A DNA stretch of 64,000 nucleotides. Origin: the human T2T-CHM13v2.0 reference genome, Homo sapiens. The DNA is taken from NCBI RefSeq assembly GCF_009914755.1, contig NC_060928.1. One strand, given 5' to 3'. The translations under genes were made by a program, and so were the position numbers. This document shows, in pieces, positions 11,861 through 26,658 of the stretch (position 1 is its first letter; each line of letters starts with the position of its first letter). A model generated the notes under the pieces. That model was not told the DNA's origin. It saw only the letters and a list, made by a program, of their open reading frames with translations, and searched no databases.

Positions 11861-12459
11861 TCTGGCGCCCACGTGGTCTTTCTTTTGCAGGATTCCTAGT
11901 GACAGTGCAGATGTGCAGGTGAGGACAGCAGGAATGAAGACTGATGGGTGATTGCTTAATTGATTGTATATGGAGGGGAGGGAAAGGAGGAGTCTAGCAT
12001 GAGTCCCTGATTTCTGGCTATACAGTGAGATATGATTGTGATGCTATTTTCTAGTAATGGGAATTTGGGAAGAAAAGAAAAATGAGTTCCTTTACTTACT
12101 GCATTTGAGGCATCCTGGCTAAGGATATCCAGCAGGTGTCTGGATATGTGAGGCTGAAGCTGAACAGTAAATCCCATTTACTTCGCCGACTTCAATTACA
12201 ACCCAAACACAAACCAACCTGTATTGTGGAAAGAAAGACCTCAAAGATAAATTACATGTGGAATGTTCATCCTTGGAGTTGAAAAAAAAATTACATGAAA
12301 AATGCACAATTCAGAACACAACCCAACCTGTGTTTAGGTTGTAATTGAAGTCTGGGAGGTAAATGGGATTGTCAGGGAGAGAGTATCAAGTGAGAAGAGG
12401 TTGTAGCTGAGCACTAGTAGTAAGAAGAGAGCAGAGAGCCCTCAAGGGAGCCTGAGATA

Positions 12460-12655
12460 CAGGGGCCAAATCCAGCCCACTGCTGATTTTTGTAAAATAC
12501 TCTTTTGTTGGAACATAGAGACATCATTTATGTGTTGTCTTTAGCTGCTTTCATGCTGTTAAGAACAGAATTGAATAGTTGTGACAGGGCACCTGGCTTG
12601 CAAAGCAAAACGATTTTCTGTATGGCCCTTTGGAGAAGTTTTTCAAACCCCACCT
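12460..12655 (+). mobile_element. MER58-like hAT element
   Basis: ggccaaatccagcccactg...tttttgtaaaata...tggcccttt resembles the MER58A consensus. Confidence 0.55.
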
Positions 12656-13789
12656 AGACTACTGCAGCAGCTCCCATAGCATAATGAGCAAGACTGTCTA
12701 TGACCTTGGCAGTTCATTCTTGGTTGCCTGCAGAATAAGTTAGCTGTGGCTGGGGTTTCCTCCTTCTAGGGAAAAGGCTGCACCCAAGCTCAGGTTCCCA
12801 TGGGACTGGTGCCTTCTTCATCACAGGAGTGGAGATTTTTAACATTCCATGGACAGCTGGCATTTCCAGACAACTCCTGTAAATCATTGGCACTCCAAAT
12901 CCAAACCACCTGTTGCTCAGCACCTTGTGTATTCTCCCGTTGACGAGACTGCTTCTTCAAGCTTGCCCTATTAAAGGGGAGACTAGTAGGATGTGCTCTT
13001 CTGAAACCAAACAGCGTTGTGGGCCTTGGCTCACCTCTCCATGGGATAACATGAGGATGGTACCTTCTTTTTTCCCGGCCCTGTAAATTTGTATTTCCTC
13101 CAGTGAAGCTCATTCCTTAACCCATGCTATGTAGCTTTGTGGATTCACCCTGAAGGGTGGTGTATGACAGCTGATGACCCAGAAGACCCATCTTGCATGC
13201 CAATGGAGACCTAGCACAACAGCTCCTAATTGATCTCTCTGCATCCATGTTGATTCTCTTCAATTGTAGTCTTCATCTTGCAGCTAGAATGGGTCTTTCT
13301 AAACAGACTTGCCCACCTTCCTCCCACAACCCAATTGAAAACACAATAGCTCCCCATTGGTCTTAAGACATACCAAAATACCCAAATCTTTAATATGGTT
13401 TAATGAGACTCAAGATGATCTGGCCTCTGCCTTTTTCTCCAGCCTTATTTCCCACCGTTCATCCCTCTCTGGACTGCAGCCAAATATTTTCTCAGTCACT
13501 TGTAGTAAACACGTTTCCTCCTGCCCTTGACCATGTCCTGTTCCTTTTGTCTGAAATACCTTGCTTTGCTTAATTAACTCCAGCTCCTAGTCATGTTCCC
13601 AAAACAATGAACTCAGTTGAAATTTTACATTTATCTGTATGATTATTTGGTTACTGTTTTCCACACTAGACCATAAGATCCATAGATCTCTTTTAAACCA
13701 GTAGCCTAGTTTATATTCAAAGTGCCTAGCATAAAGTGAGTGCTTAATGAAATTAGTTGAACACATTTTTAGGTATAATGTAGAAAGAA

Positions 13790-14055
13790 GCCAGGATCCA
13801 AATACCACATACTGTATGATTATATAAAATGTCTCGAGAAGGCAAATCTATAAAGACCGACAGATGATTAGTGGTTTGCCAGGGGCTAGGGTTGGCAACG
13901 CTGAGTGGCTATAAACTGGCATGAGGAATTTTATTGAGGTTATGGAAATGTTCTAAAACTGCACAACTCAGTAAATTTACTAAAAATCATTGTACATTTA
14001 AAATGGGTGACTTTTATGGTATGTAAATTATACCTCAATAAAGGTGTTTAAAAAC
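13790..14055 (+). mobile_element. L1M 3' end fragment
   Basis: catactgtatgatt...ggaaatgttctaaaact...tgtaaattatacctcaataaa typical of L1MB/ME 3'UTR. Confidence 0.65.
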
Positions 14056-14576
14056 TTGACTAAATGAAAAAATATAGTTATTGGAAATGAGATCTTTATC
14101 TTGTGCTGAATGTGTATACATCTTTTTATACTTTGTATTCTATACCACTCATCCTATACTATTTTCTTATTGCTAATGGATATATGTTTTAACATACCTT
14201 ATTGTTTTAAATTTTTTTTTCTGGATTTTTCTTACTCCCTGATTTGAAATAACTAGGCTTGGCATGTTACAAAGTTCCAGGTGTCTCTAACTACCTTGAG
14301 TAAGAAGAAATAGGTACAAGGAGCTTCCCTGTGACATAAACCAGCTGCAGAGTTAGGATTCCTAGGAAGTATGTATCTTAGGGATCAAGTGTCCTTGATA
14401 CATGACATTTGTAACACTGAGCCAGATATTTTAAGACTGATCTAGATTTGCTGATTTCAAAAATAAGTTGCAATATTGGGATGAGAAAGGTTTTAAAGGT
14501 AATCTGAATTTTAGAACTAATAACTTTAGTACCCTAGATAGTACCATAGATAAATATCCCTAGAAACAAAAGCCTC

Positions 14577-15003
<427 letters not shown>

Positions 15004-15426
15004 TTAAGACAGGGAATAAAGAAACACTGATAGAAAGTAGTTACCACTGTGGGCAACCCTAATTGAGGACCCATGTGGAATAAGCCTGAGAACTGGTCCT
15101 CTGAGGATTGAAACATCTATCAGCTGACTGACTCCTGCCCCATTTAGTTGAGGGTTGCCTTGGGTTATTAACTCCCTGATACTCCTATGGTGCTTTGAGG
15201 GCTCTTGAGAAAGACTTAAGACAGAAAAGCAGAATGTGGGACTGCTTGGAGTGAAACTTGTCAGGCTGATTGTAACTGTCCACTACAGCGAAGCTGAAAT
15301 CAGACATGGCCCAAGTGTGTGACTCAGGGCTGCATCTGTCAAGGAACATCTTTCCAGGGAAACTCCATAAACAACAGGACATCCAATGACATATGACTTC
15401 TAGAGCAATTTTATATAAAGTGGTTT

Positions 15427-15432
15427 TTTATT
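15427..15432 (-). terminator. SCARB2: Distal polyadenylation signal AATAAA of SCARB2
   Basis: AATAAA on minus strand followed by a GU-rich downstream element (gtcctgttgtttatgg). Confidence 0.75.
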
Positions 15433-16083
15433 AATGAAACATTTCATTGCATTAAGGGTAGAAATAAACATGTCAAGAACCGCATGAAGTGAACCAACTG
15501 TATAAGCTACATGAAGAGCATTCTGGTCAGTATTCTTGTTAACAGGCACAAGCAATTTAGTGATAATGTCCAGAGGGCCAAGGATGCGGACCACCTTTTG
15601 CAGAACTCATATCTCGAGCAGTTTAAATTAAAAATTAGCCTCCCTTAAGTTAAAAACCCCAATAGGGGTTAGTCGTGTAGTGCTTGTTCCACTTGACCAT
15701 TAGTGATCTTTCTAGAACATGAGGAAATCAAGTCTGGTTAGAAAAGCCTGGAGCTAAAAGTGGCAAAGCCCATTTCCTGTCCTGTGCTCAACTCCTAATT
15801 TTCCCTGAGAGAAGTGAGTTAAGCTCTCTGTCTTGGTTTCTTCCTCTCTAAGTTGAGGATCATGGTACCAGAAGCTTGCATTCTGTGATCATGACAGTGC
15901 TTACAATCACAAAGCCTTTGGGGGTCTTTCTAAGATAACTGCCGCAAGAAAATGAGCATGAGAAATAATTCATCTTCAACTTAAAGCCAAATAGGTGCAT
16001 TCATTCCTCTTAATCTATAATTTTGACTGTAGTTTGTAGATCTGTCTCAGACTTTTCAGAAGGATAGTATCAAATGTGATTTA

Positions 16084-16483
<400 letters not shown>

Positions 16484-18137
16484 TTATCATTTACAGTATT
16501 TAAAATATCCTCCTCACAGATGATTATATCCTGATAATAGGACTAAACCAATAAGTATGCACTAGCATTGTCAATTTTATTAGTATGGATAAGTACATGC
16601 ATAATTAAGACATGCCCAATTATCTAGTTAAATGTTGATAAATTCTAAAAATGTAGATATTTAGCATTATTGAAGACCAAATATTTTTGTTAGTTTTTTT
16701 ACATTTTGGTGAGTTGGAGTATCTAAAGGTTCTATCTTGATTCTATAGAAAATTTGAGAGTTTAATGAATTGCCTCTTCAAGAGGGGAAATATATCACAT
16801 ATTGTTTTAGTGTAGAAAAAGGAAAAATTGTCAGTAAAACAATTTATTACCTCAATACAGGGATAAGAAGCTATGGAAATGAAATCTATATTTTTTTCTT
16901 CATTTGCTTACATTGAAATCCAGTTTTAAACAAAAAAAATCCTTTTGAATGGTTCAGTTGTTAAGAAATTCTATAAGCACTTTGTCAGCTAAATGTATAG
17001 GCTTCTCAATTCAAAATGAATGCTGAACTTTGAGAATCAAAGAAAATGCCCTTAAATATGCTTGAATTCTGAACACTGTGACATATGATGGCTCCCAATT
17101 CCCTGTCTTAGGTTATGCTGAAACCAAGAAGTCCTTTGAAAAGTGGTGTCTCTGCTTCTGGTCCTAACAGACCTTTCTTTAAAGTACTTTGTGCAATATT
17201 TTAAACATCCATCATTCTGTCAGCAAAATGATTGTCACAGGAAGTATAGGGCACACGTTTCTCTATTCAGTGAGTGACAGTGAGCTACAAAACACTGGAA
17301 AGAACTGAAACTGAGGAAGGAACTTGTAAAAAGAACTTCAAAATTACCAAGAAGGCGGCTGTCCCAGAAGAAATATCTCTTTAGTCTAATCAGACTTTCT
17401 GAAACTTATGTGTAACTTAGGCTGTAGATAGATGGATTTCCCATATTCATAATTTTACAAATAATCACTCAATATTAGATTAATTAATACAGTAACATAT
17501 TTGGCAAGGGCGACTCAGGAAGAAAAATCAGTTACTCATTACATTCTCTCAGAAGCATCTTTTCGTAGCATGATCATTTTGACTAAAAAAAAAACAGTTA
17601 ACTATCCACAAGCATCATAACTAGCAATTAATTCTACATGAAATATCTGTACTTTATCCTCACCAACATTATTTATGCATTCTCTTCGTTCACAAAAGTA
17701 CAAGTTAAAAATCCTTAGGAGCTTATCACTATCAACTCATGGGTATTGCCCCACCCAACCCCTTTCCCATTTGATTCTACCCAGTATTTTATTGCAGTTG
17801 GAAGACTGAGTTTTCCTGGAAGAATTATGAACTGAAGATCAGCATAAAATGTAATATGTTTTAGAAATCAGATGCATTTGAATGATATATTGGATGAAGC
17901 TACCATTTTACCCTGGGTCCCGAACTCTTATTTACTTCTGTTTTGCAAGTGAAATGGAGGAATACAACATAAAATGGTATATACGCATTTTGAGCACAAA
18001 GTTCGGTGAATGAAGCATACTGAATGAAGTTAGACCAGTAGCATTAACAAGTGATGCAGAGACATTTTACCCACAATAGTGGTCACAAAATTCTGGAGCT
18101 ACCAGCACCCAACAACAACAAAATTACTATACAAGGG

Positions 18138-18143
18138 TTTATT
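18138..18143 (-). terminator. SCARB2: Proximal polyadenylation signal AATAAA of SCARB2
   Basis: AATAAA ~240 nt after the stop, followed by a strong GU-rich tract (ttttgttgttgttgggtg). Confidence 0.65.
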
Positions 18144-18384
18144 AAATACTTGCTAGACACATAAAAGAACAATTTCAGAGCCCACATGATTTTATAAAGC
18201 TTAATGGCCAGCCATGTCAGCCTGCTCTTTAACCTCTGGCCAGAATGTTCCTATCACTTGCCAGCGCCGTGTCTTTTTCCTTCTTTCAACAGGCAACAAG
18301 CCTGCAAGGAGGTGGAGGGTTTCCCCACGTCATCGTCCAGGTCAGGACAGCTCACACAGTTTCTTCACCAAGCAAAGGCAATGT

Positions 18385-18423
18385 TTAGGTTCGAATGAGG
18401 GGTGCTCTTTCATCCGCTGTTCC
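18385..18423 (-). CDS. SCARB2: SCARB2 exon 12 coding part (GTADERAPLIRT-stop); lysosomal [DE]xxxL[LI] sorting signal
   Basis: Acceptor ctgtgtttcAG; 39 nt ending in TAA at 18387-18385. Confidence 0.97.
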   Translation of the reverse strand, partial: GTADERAPLIRT

Positions 18424-19896
18424 CTGAAACACAGAAGAGAGAAAACAAGTTAGATGTTCATGTCAGAAACTTCTCCCCAGTGTGAAAAGTTTGGGTGGGG
18501 AGTGGGGGCATGGAAGGAGGAGAGACCTATAGGAAGGTGGCTCATCTCACTCACCTCCCCTCTTGGGCTGCTGCTTGTTCTTGAAGATTCAGCAGGCCTA
18601 ACCTTTCCAGGAGGCCTTCTCTGACCACTCCCACCCTCAATACCAGAGCAGTACCCTTCTCTGTGTTGATCTGGATTATAAAACTTAGACTCTATTCAAC
18701 TTACCTCCTTCCTGGTTTGAAACCTACTAAGGAGTAGTGTCTCAGAGGTATTAGTTCTCAATAATTCCTTGCTTGTTGAATATATGAGGAAGGTTAATTG
18801 TAGGAGCAGTAATTAACATTTCCATGAGGTTTCATTTGTGCTTAAGACAATTTCAATGACTGCATAAAGTCACACTGGAAGATCCACACATAGAAATGGC
18901 AAAATAGTTTGCCTCACAGCTAATTCAGGCTAAAGTGACTGGCAGGGGATAAGAGAAATAATGGAAGAATATGGAAGTCAGGGAAATTCAGCTAATTTTA
19001 CTCAGATGGTTTCACGTATTTATTTTCTACTTCACATTTGCCTTGGACACTTAGTTGAGGAAACTGGAGGAAAAAAGGCCACTGTTGTAAAAAAAAGGAA
19101 GCTGCAGAAAATTTAAGAAGGGCTTCTACAGAAAAGGCTCATTGCAGGTATTCAGGTTCCTGGCTGGGCTGCTGGTCACTTGGAAAGGCGAACCCAACTC
19201 TTTATCCTAGCCTTCCAGGAAAGTAACTACACCCATGTTCCAATCATTTATTATGCAGTGATACCTAAATCATAGGTATCTTCGGATACATCAGGGATTC
19301 TTTCCAAGCAGGACCCTGGCTGTCTTGCTCTATAATCTTGGAGCTGTTTTATCATATTTAATAATACTTAAACCTTTATTGAGCTCTTACTATATGCTAA
19401 CACTGGGCCAAGTCCTTTAAGTCTACTATATCATCTAATCCTCATGAAAAACTCATAAGGGAGGCTTTTATTATCCCATTTTACAGATGAAGAAACTGAA
19501 GCACAGTTTCTAGGGTCGTATAGCTGTTAAGTGGCAGAACTGGGATTTGAACTCAGGCAGTCTGACACCAAAGATCAGATGTGTAACTGTTATATATTCT
19601 TCCTTTTCTTTCAGGTTATTGTTTTCAAAGACATAAAGTTAACTCCCAGGGGATACATCCAAAGAGATTCTATTCCCCAAATATTAGATGGTACCTTCTA
19701 ACCCTCCACCTTCTTTGACACACTTCCTTTGCTTCCCATTTGGTCCAGCAGTAAAATAAGCACGAAATCACTATGCCCAGCATAAAATCCCAGAATTTAT
19801 CCTAATAAGCCAGCTGACAGCCCTTCAGTGAAGTACAGTTGAATTCCTCAGGTAAAGTTATCCAGTAAGGAAGAAGTTCCTTCAGCCAGTTCTCAC

Positions 19897-20055
19897 CTCA
19901 TCCATGGATCCCTGTCCTTTGCATGCAAGCCAGGTAAAAACCAAACCAAAGAACACACCCAGCGCCATGATGATGTAGGGTATGTTGGTGATGATCAAAG
20001 TAGTGTTAATCATAGACTTCAGTCGACTCGCCGTCTCTTTATCAATGTGAACACT
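19897..20055 (-). CDS. SCARB2: SCARB2 exon 11 including the C-terminal transmembrane helix (SVHIDKETASRLKSMINTTLIITNIPYIIMALGVFFGLVFTWLACKGQGSMDE)
   Basis: 159 nt, phase 0-0; ORF 19882..20067; hydrophobic TM stretch. Confidence 0.97.
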
Positions 20056-20839
20056 CTGGAGAGGCAAGAAAATAGTATTCTTGATGACTAAACATCCAGT
20101 GTGTAACTGTTTTTTGCTATATCTTTCCTTTGTTTAATACAATTTGGGAATGTCCTCCTGTTAGCAAACCAAACATACTGAAAATCCATTTATAAGTCAG
20201 AGTAATCAGAAGGGACATTTATTCATTAATATCTTGTCTTCTCCTGAAGACATTTTTTTTACTCTTAAAATAGATTGGAAAAAGGAGGTAAAATGTATTC
20301 AGAAATATTGAGACAGTATCACCTTTTGTTTTATGTCAGATAATTCCAATTCATCCTTAAAAATCCAGCTCAGCATCACTTCCTTCCAAAAGTTTTCTCT
20401 GGCTACCTCAGGCCTAGTCAAAGGCCTCCTCCCTAAGTTTCCATCTCACTCTCTACTTCCATCATTGTCCTTGCACTCTGCATTGTAACTGTTTGTCTTG
20501 CAATGGCTGTGAAGTCCCTGAAGGCAAGACTTAACCTCAGTCACCTCCACACTGGGTATAGCACCCAGCACACAGTAGGTGCTTGATTAATGCTGGCTGA
20601 TTAAATGAATAAATAAATGAAACACTGCAAAAATGGTATGTGGAAAGTATAATTTCTTTCTTGGTTACATCTATAGTAATCAGGACCACAGCCCTCTACA
20701 GAAAGTGCTCAGCAAAGTTGTGGGCTAACTAGAATTCCAGAGACTGCTGATAGAAGGAAATGTACTAGAATAACACTTAGTGTATGCAGAGCAGAGGAAT
20801 TACCACCTAGTGTAATGAGTGAGGTATCTGAAGAGCTTA

Positions 20840-21498
<659 letters not shown>

Positions 21499-22921
21499 TC
21501 ATTGGACCGAGTCAGTGGATTGGGTTCTAAGACATTTTTTCCAATAACTGGATAGAGTTTCCTCCTCGGTAAAAAGGTGGTGTGGCAACAGTCTCCAATG
21601 TCACTTCCAGACTTCCAGGTCTAATATTTTATTTTTCTAGAGAAGAGAATAATCACGCTCTTCCTAGGAGGCAGCAAAAATACAAGGTTCCACTCCACAC
21701 ACCTGGACTTAATCTAGTCTTTCACAAAAAAGCAAATTAGAAGTTGGGGGTGGAGGGACTTCAAATATGCCACTACTGAACAGAAGTTGGCAGAAAAGGG
21801 CCCTTCTGCATTTTCAAAAAGATCTTTCATGCCCCTGCCCACAAACAGGAACATGGATGATCAGGAGCAATTGCAAAGAGATCCTATAAATTGGTAAATA
21901 TTGCTTGAATTTTTCCTATGAAACGATAAAAACCTCATCTTAGAATTGTAATAACAAACCCTTAAAAGTTTGTAAATGTGAATACCAATATAATGCTAAA
22001 TGGAGAAAAAAGATATAAAATTGTATCTATCGTATGATTTCAACTATGTAATATCAAGACCAGAAAATATCAGGAGTTGACATCTGAACTGCACCTGCCT
22101 CTGATAGAGAGGGACTTATCAGTAATTTACTTTTTAAATCAATTTTTAAAAAAATTTCTAAGAATTTTATAAAGAGCACATGTTTTATAAAATGTAAAAC
22201 ATTAGATTACCTTTTAAAGTTGTTATTGGAAAAAATTGTACAACACATTGAGTAAAATAAAATAAAAATATTATCAGGCTGACACAGATTTTGTGAATAG
22301 TGATTTTAATTTTTCTTTTTCTTGCTAATCTCTGTTATTCAATATTCTACAAACAGCAAGTATTTTTAGGAAACACAAAAATAATAAAAAGGAGAAGTTT
22401 GCCAATCAAGAATTTATTGAAGAAAAAAACCTGCGTTTTTTTTTTTTCCCTCAAACTGGGCGGAAGCAGGAGAAACTGAGGAGATATAACTACAGTAAAC
22501 GTGATATGTGATTCAGAAAAGAATTTATCATAGGTGTCTTAAACCAGCATGGTTTCAAAGAAGGGGGAGACAAAGGGCTAGCTGGCATCTATCTGAGTGT
22601 GAGCTATTTCCCTGCTTCAACAATGTCTGCCAATGGCTCCTTTTACCTGTTTCTGTTTCCTACGTGAGCAGCTCCCCAGAAGGGAGTTTTGCCCAAATAG
22701 TGTTCTTGAGAAGGAAAATTTCTTTCCATCATTTCTCCAAATCAGCTCTCAGACACAGGCAGATTCATGTGAACATTTAAGTGAAATTTTCTGAGGAATA
22801 ACAGGTTTTAAAAATCTTTTGCCCTTCTGTCATAACTTACATGTAACTACAACAGTAGACATCATAATGGATTTTTTCTGAGTCTGAAAACACCCGTGGC
22901 TCCCTCCGTCTCAGGACTTAC

Positions 22922-22973
22922 CTCATTGAGGTACATCACTGGGAAAACCATGGTTCTAATGTCTCCCGTTTCA
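22922..22973 (-). CDS. SCARB2: SCARB2 exon 10 (ETGDIRTMVFPVMYLNE)
   Basis: 52 nt, tttgtAG / GTAAGT. Confidence 0.97.
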
Positions 22974-23937
22974 CTACAAAGACAAAGGATGAGATTGTTT
23001 CAGAAACATCCTCATCACAATGGCACACTTTCCCGGACAGACACATTTATATGAAGATTCTAGTACACTTATTTCTTAAATTACCCAGAATTTGCTGATT
23101 TCTTAGTTATCTTTGCAAACATGTACCCCAAAAGTTAGATTCCAGTCTGTCTAGCAATTCCATGTGCTGTACGTTTATCAAAACACAAGATACTGAAGGC
23201 AGATTCCTTAAAATGATGACTAGTCTCCTTAGAGTCATCAGGGAAGGCTCCAGTCGACAGAACAAAACTGTCACTCCTCAGAGTGTTTTGTAACTAGGCC
23301 ACTGAAGTACTGTCTTTGCAACAAGAGCCAACTGAGCATGTACCACGTGCCAGCTCTGTGCTGGGTGTTTTTGGGATATTATCTCATTCAATTCCTAGAG
23401 TAGTCACCTACAGTAGGTATTACTGTCCCAGGTTTACAGATGAGAAAATTATGACTCAGAGAGGCCTAGGATCACCACAAGTAAGTGATGGAGCCACAAA
23501 TGTAATTCCACTTTGCTTCTAAGATTCCAGCTCTTAACTACTAAATTATACTGCCTCGGAAATAGATATGCAGATGACAAAATGCATTCTTGTAAACCAC
23601 CTACTTCTTAGAAAGAGCCATGACACCTGGTATTAAATCTGGCAAATTCAATGAGGTAAACAAGCCAAGTTTTATAGATAAATATATTATGCATAGTTTT
23701 GCATCCTGTTTATTTCACTCAACATTATATCATAATTTTCTCATATCTAAAAAATTCCCATTGAAAAGTCTGAGCAGGAGATTATACTTTGGAATCCAAA
23801 TTAAGCTGCAGCATGGGGAAGTAAGGCTAGACTCAAGAGATTATAACTATACAAATGAGAGCTATGGCTGGCCCCAAGTGGGATCAGTGGGAATAGAGAG
23901 AGAGGAAGAGGAAGAGACTCTGTCTCAAGTCTCTGAG

Positions 23938-24690
<753 letters not shown>

Positions 24691-25075
24691 CCAAGAGAGT
24701 CAAGGTGCATGAGGGAAAGGCTTAGTGGAGTGGATAAAAGTTGACTAGATAGTAAGGCTTAGCCAAGTTACCTAAACACTCTGCTTCTGTTTCCTCATCT
24801 GTAAAATGGGGATAATACAAGGTTATATGTGAATCCACATAAGGTGCTGAGAACAATACCTGATCCATGGGAAGTACTCTGTAAGTGTATGATTAAATAA
24901 AACAAGTAAATTCCAAGACCAAGGCACCCATGAAAATGCTGATCATGCCCCATCCCTGAAGGGCAGGGGTGAGCAGGCTTAGATGAAGTAGGCTGTACTC
25001 CTCCTGACATCAACCCCACCAGACGGGCAATGGAGCAAAACTGCTGTCCCCTCCATAGAAAGAAGCAAAACTTAC

Positions 25076-25149
25076 ACAAAGTCATCTAATTTTTTGACAT
25101 AAATGTTGATTTGGAACCTCTTGGCTGCTTTTAGGATTATTCCAGTCAA
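25076..25149 (-). CDS. SCARB2: SCARB2 exon 9 (LTGIILKAAKRFQINIYVKKLDDFV)
   Basis: 74 nt, tttgcAG / GTAAGT. Confidence 0.97.
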
Positions 25150-25989
25150 CTGCAAATCAGAGAAGTGAAAAGGAAACATTAGGATTTATTAAACTGCAAA
25201 CAACTTTTTCAATAGAGCACCATTTCTGTGTAGTCCTCATAAACAAGGTGACCATTACCATGTGTGACAGGCAGAGTGGAAACAAGTAAAAGTGATCCCC
25301 AGAACAGAATGAGAACCATGGGTTGTATTAGGTGGCTGATAGACCAGTGTGTCTCAAACATGAGTATGAATGTAGGTCCTTGGGAATCCTGTTAAAATGC
25401 AGGCTCTGATTCAGTAGACTGGCCATTTCTAACAAGCTCCCAGGATGCTGCCACTCTGAATAGCACAGCCTTAGAAGGGATCCAACAGGAAGGAGGCCTA
25501 AAAGATAGCCTGTCAGGTCTGGATTTCCAGGCAGTTGTCCAGAGAGCTAAGAAGAGGGTGGTGGTCACTGCCAGAGAGTGGCATCCTAGTATAGGGCCCG
25601 CCTAGCGTAGCCATGGGGCACAGCTGCAGCACTTGTCATCCTTAGGGCAGCTCCATCTTTGCACTAAGGTTATAAGACTGTGTTCGTCCCTTGGTGACAA
25701 GCACTGCTAACAGTTTGGCTGATCCAAGGGAACTGATCAGCTGATGGCTAAGAGAAAAGGGAGAAAACCACACACGATTTTATTCACCAGAGCATAAGAT
25801 CACTGGTTTCTCAGATACAAATGCAATGTATGCAGCTAAGAGTGTGAAGTACCCATAAAATACTGTGCTAAAAGAATGTTCTTGTTTTTTTTTTTTATTG
25901 GTCCATAATGTTCAAATTCCAAAAATGAAGACATGGTTAGCATGGTTTTTGTTTTTCTCGTCTATGAATACAGGAGTAAATGTGTATTA

Positions 25990-26013
25990 TACACACACAC
26001 ACACACACACACA
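25990..26013. repeat. (CA)n microsatellite
   Basis: About 12 CA units. Confidence 0.9.
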
Positions 26014-26539
26014 CGTGTGTATGTCTCCTCTATGTATATCTGATACCTTTACAATTAATAATATAATAAACTCTCAAATAACCTGTAGAAAGAAGTTTGC
26101 CAAAAGTGACTGAGGTTAATATACATATTCATATTTCAACCAAAATATTCCTGGCAGTGAGGAAGCAAAGGGACATCTTTAACCTTATCGATCTGTGTCC
26201 CAAGGGGAGAAATAAATATATGTTGAGGTCCAAGGCTAGCATCAGAAGATTGACCAGGTTATATGGGTACATCAGTAGTTTCCAATAACTGAGTTTTCAC
26301 TGTTGCTTTTTGTTAAAGGCAGGTTTGCTCGTATTTCTGCTATTCAATCCACAAAATTCAGCCTTCTAATTACAGGGCTATGAGACAATGCCTCCATCAG
26401 CACTGAGCTGAATTTCTCCCACTTGAATATGTATATGAAAGTAAGGATATTTTTAAAGAAGGCTCAGGACTAAACTGGTGAACAATGTATAGACAGAATA
26501 AAACATATGCTCTTTTACCAGGAGGAAGTATGTACTCAC

Positions 26540-26658
26540 AGGATTAATGTCCACAAATGTCTCATGGTCTTCCTGATTTGGGTGCATGCCTTCTATGGCA
26601 GAAACAAACCTCTCATCTGCTTGGTAAAAGTGTGGGAAAGACATAATGATGGGTGCAC
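26540..26658 (-). CDS. SCARB2: SCARB2 exon 8 (GAPIIMSFPHFYQADERFVSAIEGMHPNQEDHETFVDINP)
   Basis: 119 nt; CD36-family motif SFPHFY; donor GTGAGT. Confidence 0.97.

Noticed and set aside
12714-13113. Overlapping minus-strand ORFs in a unique-looking intergenic stretch; possible pseudogene
   Set aside because: No protein family recognised and no poly(A) tail or TSD seen; probably an old LTR or unique DNA. A Dfam/BLASTX search would settle it
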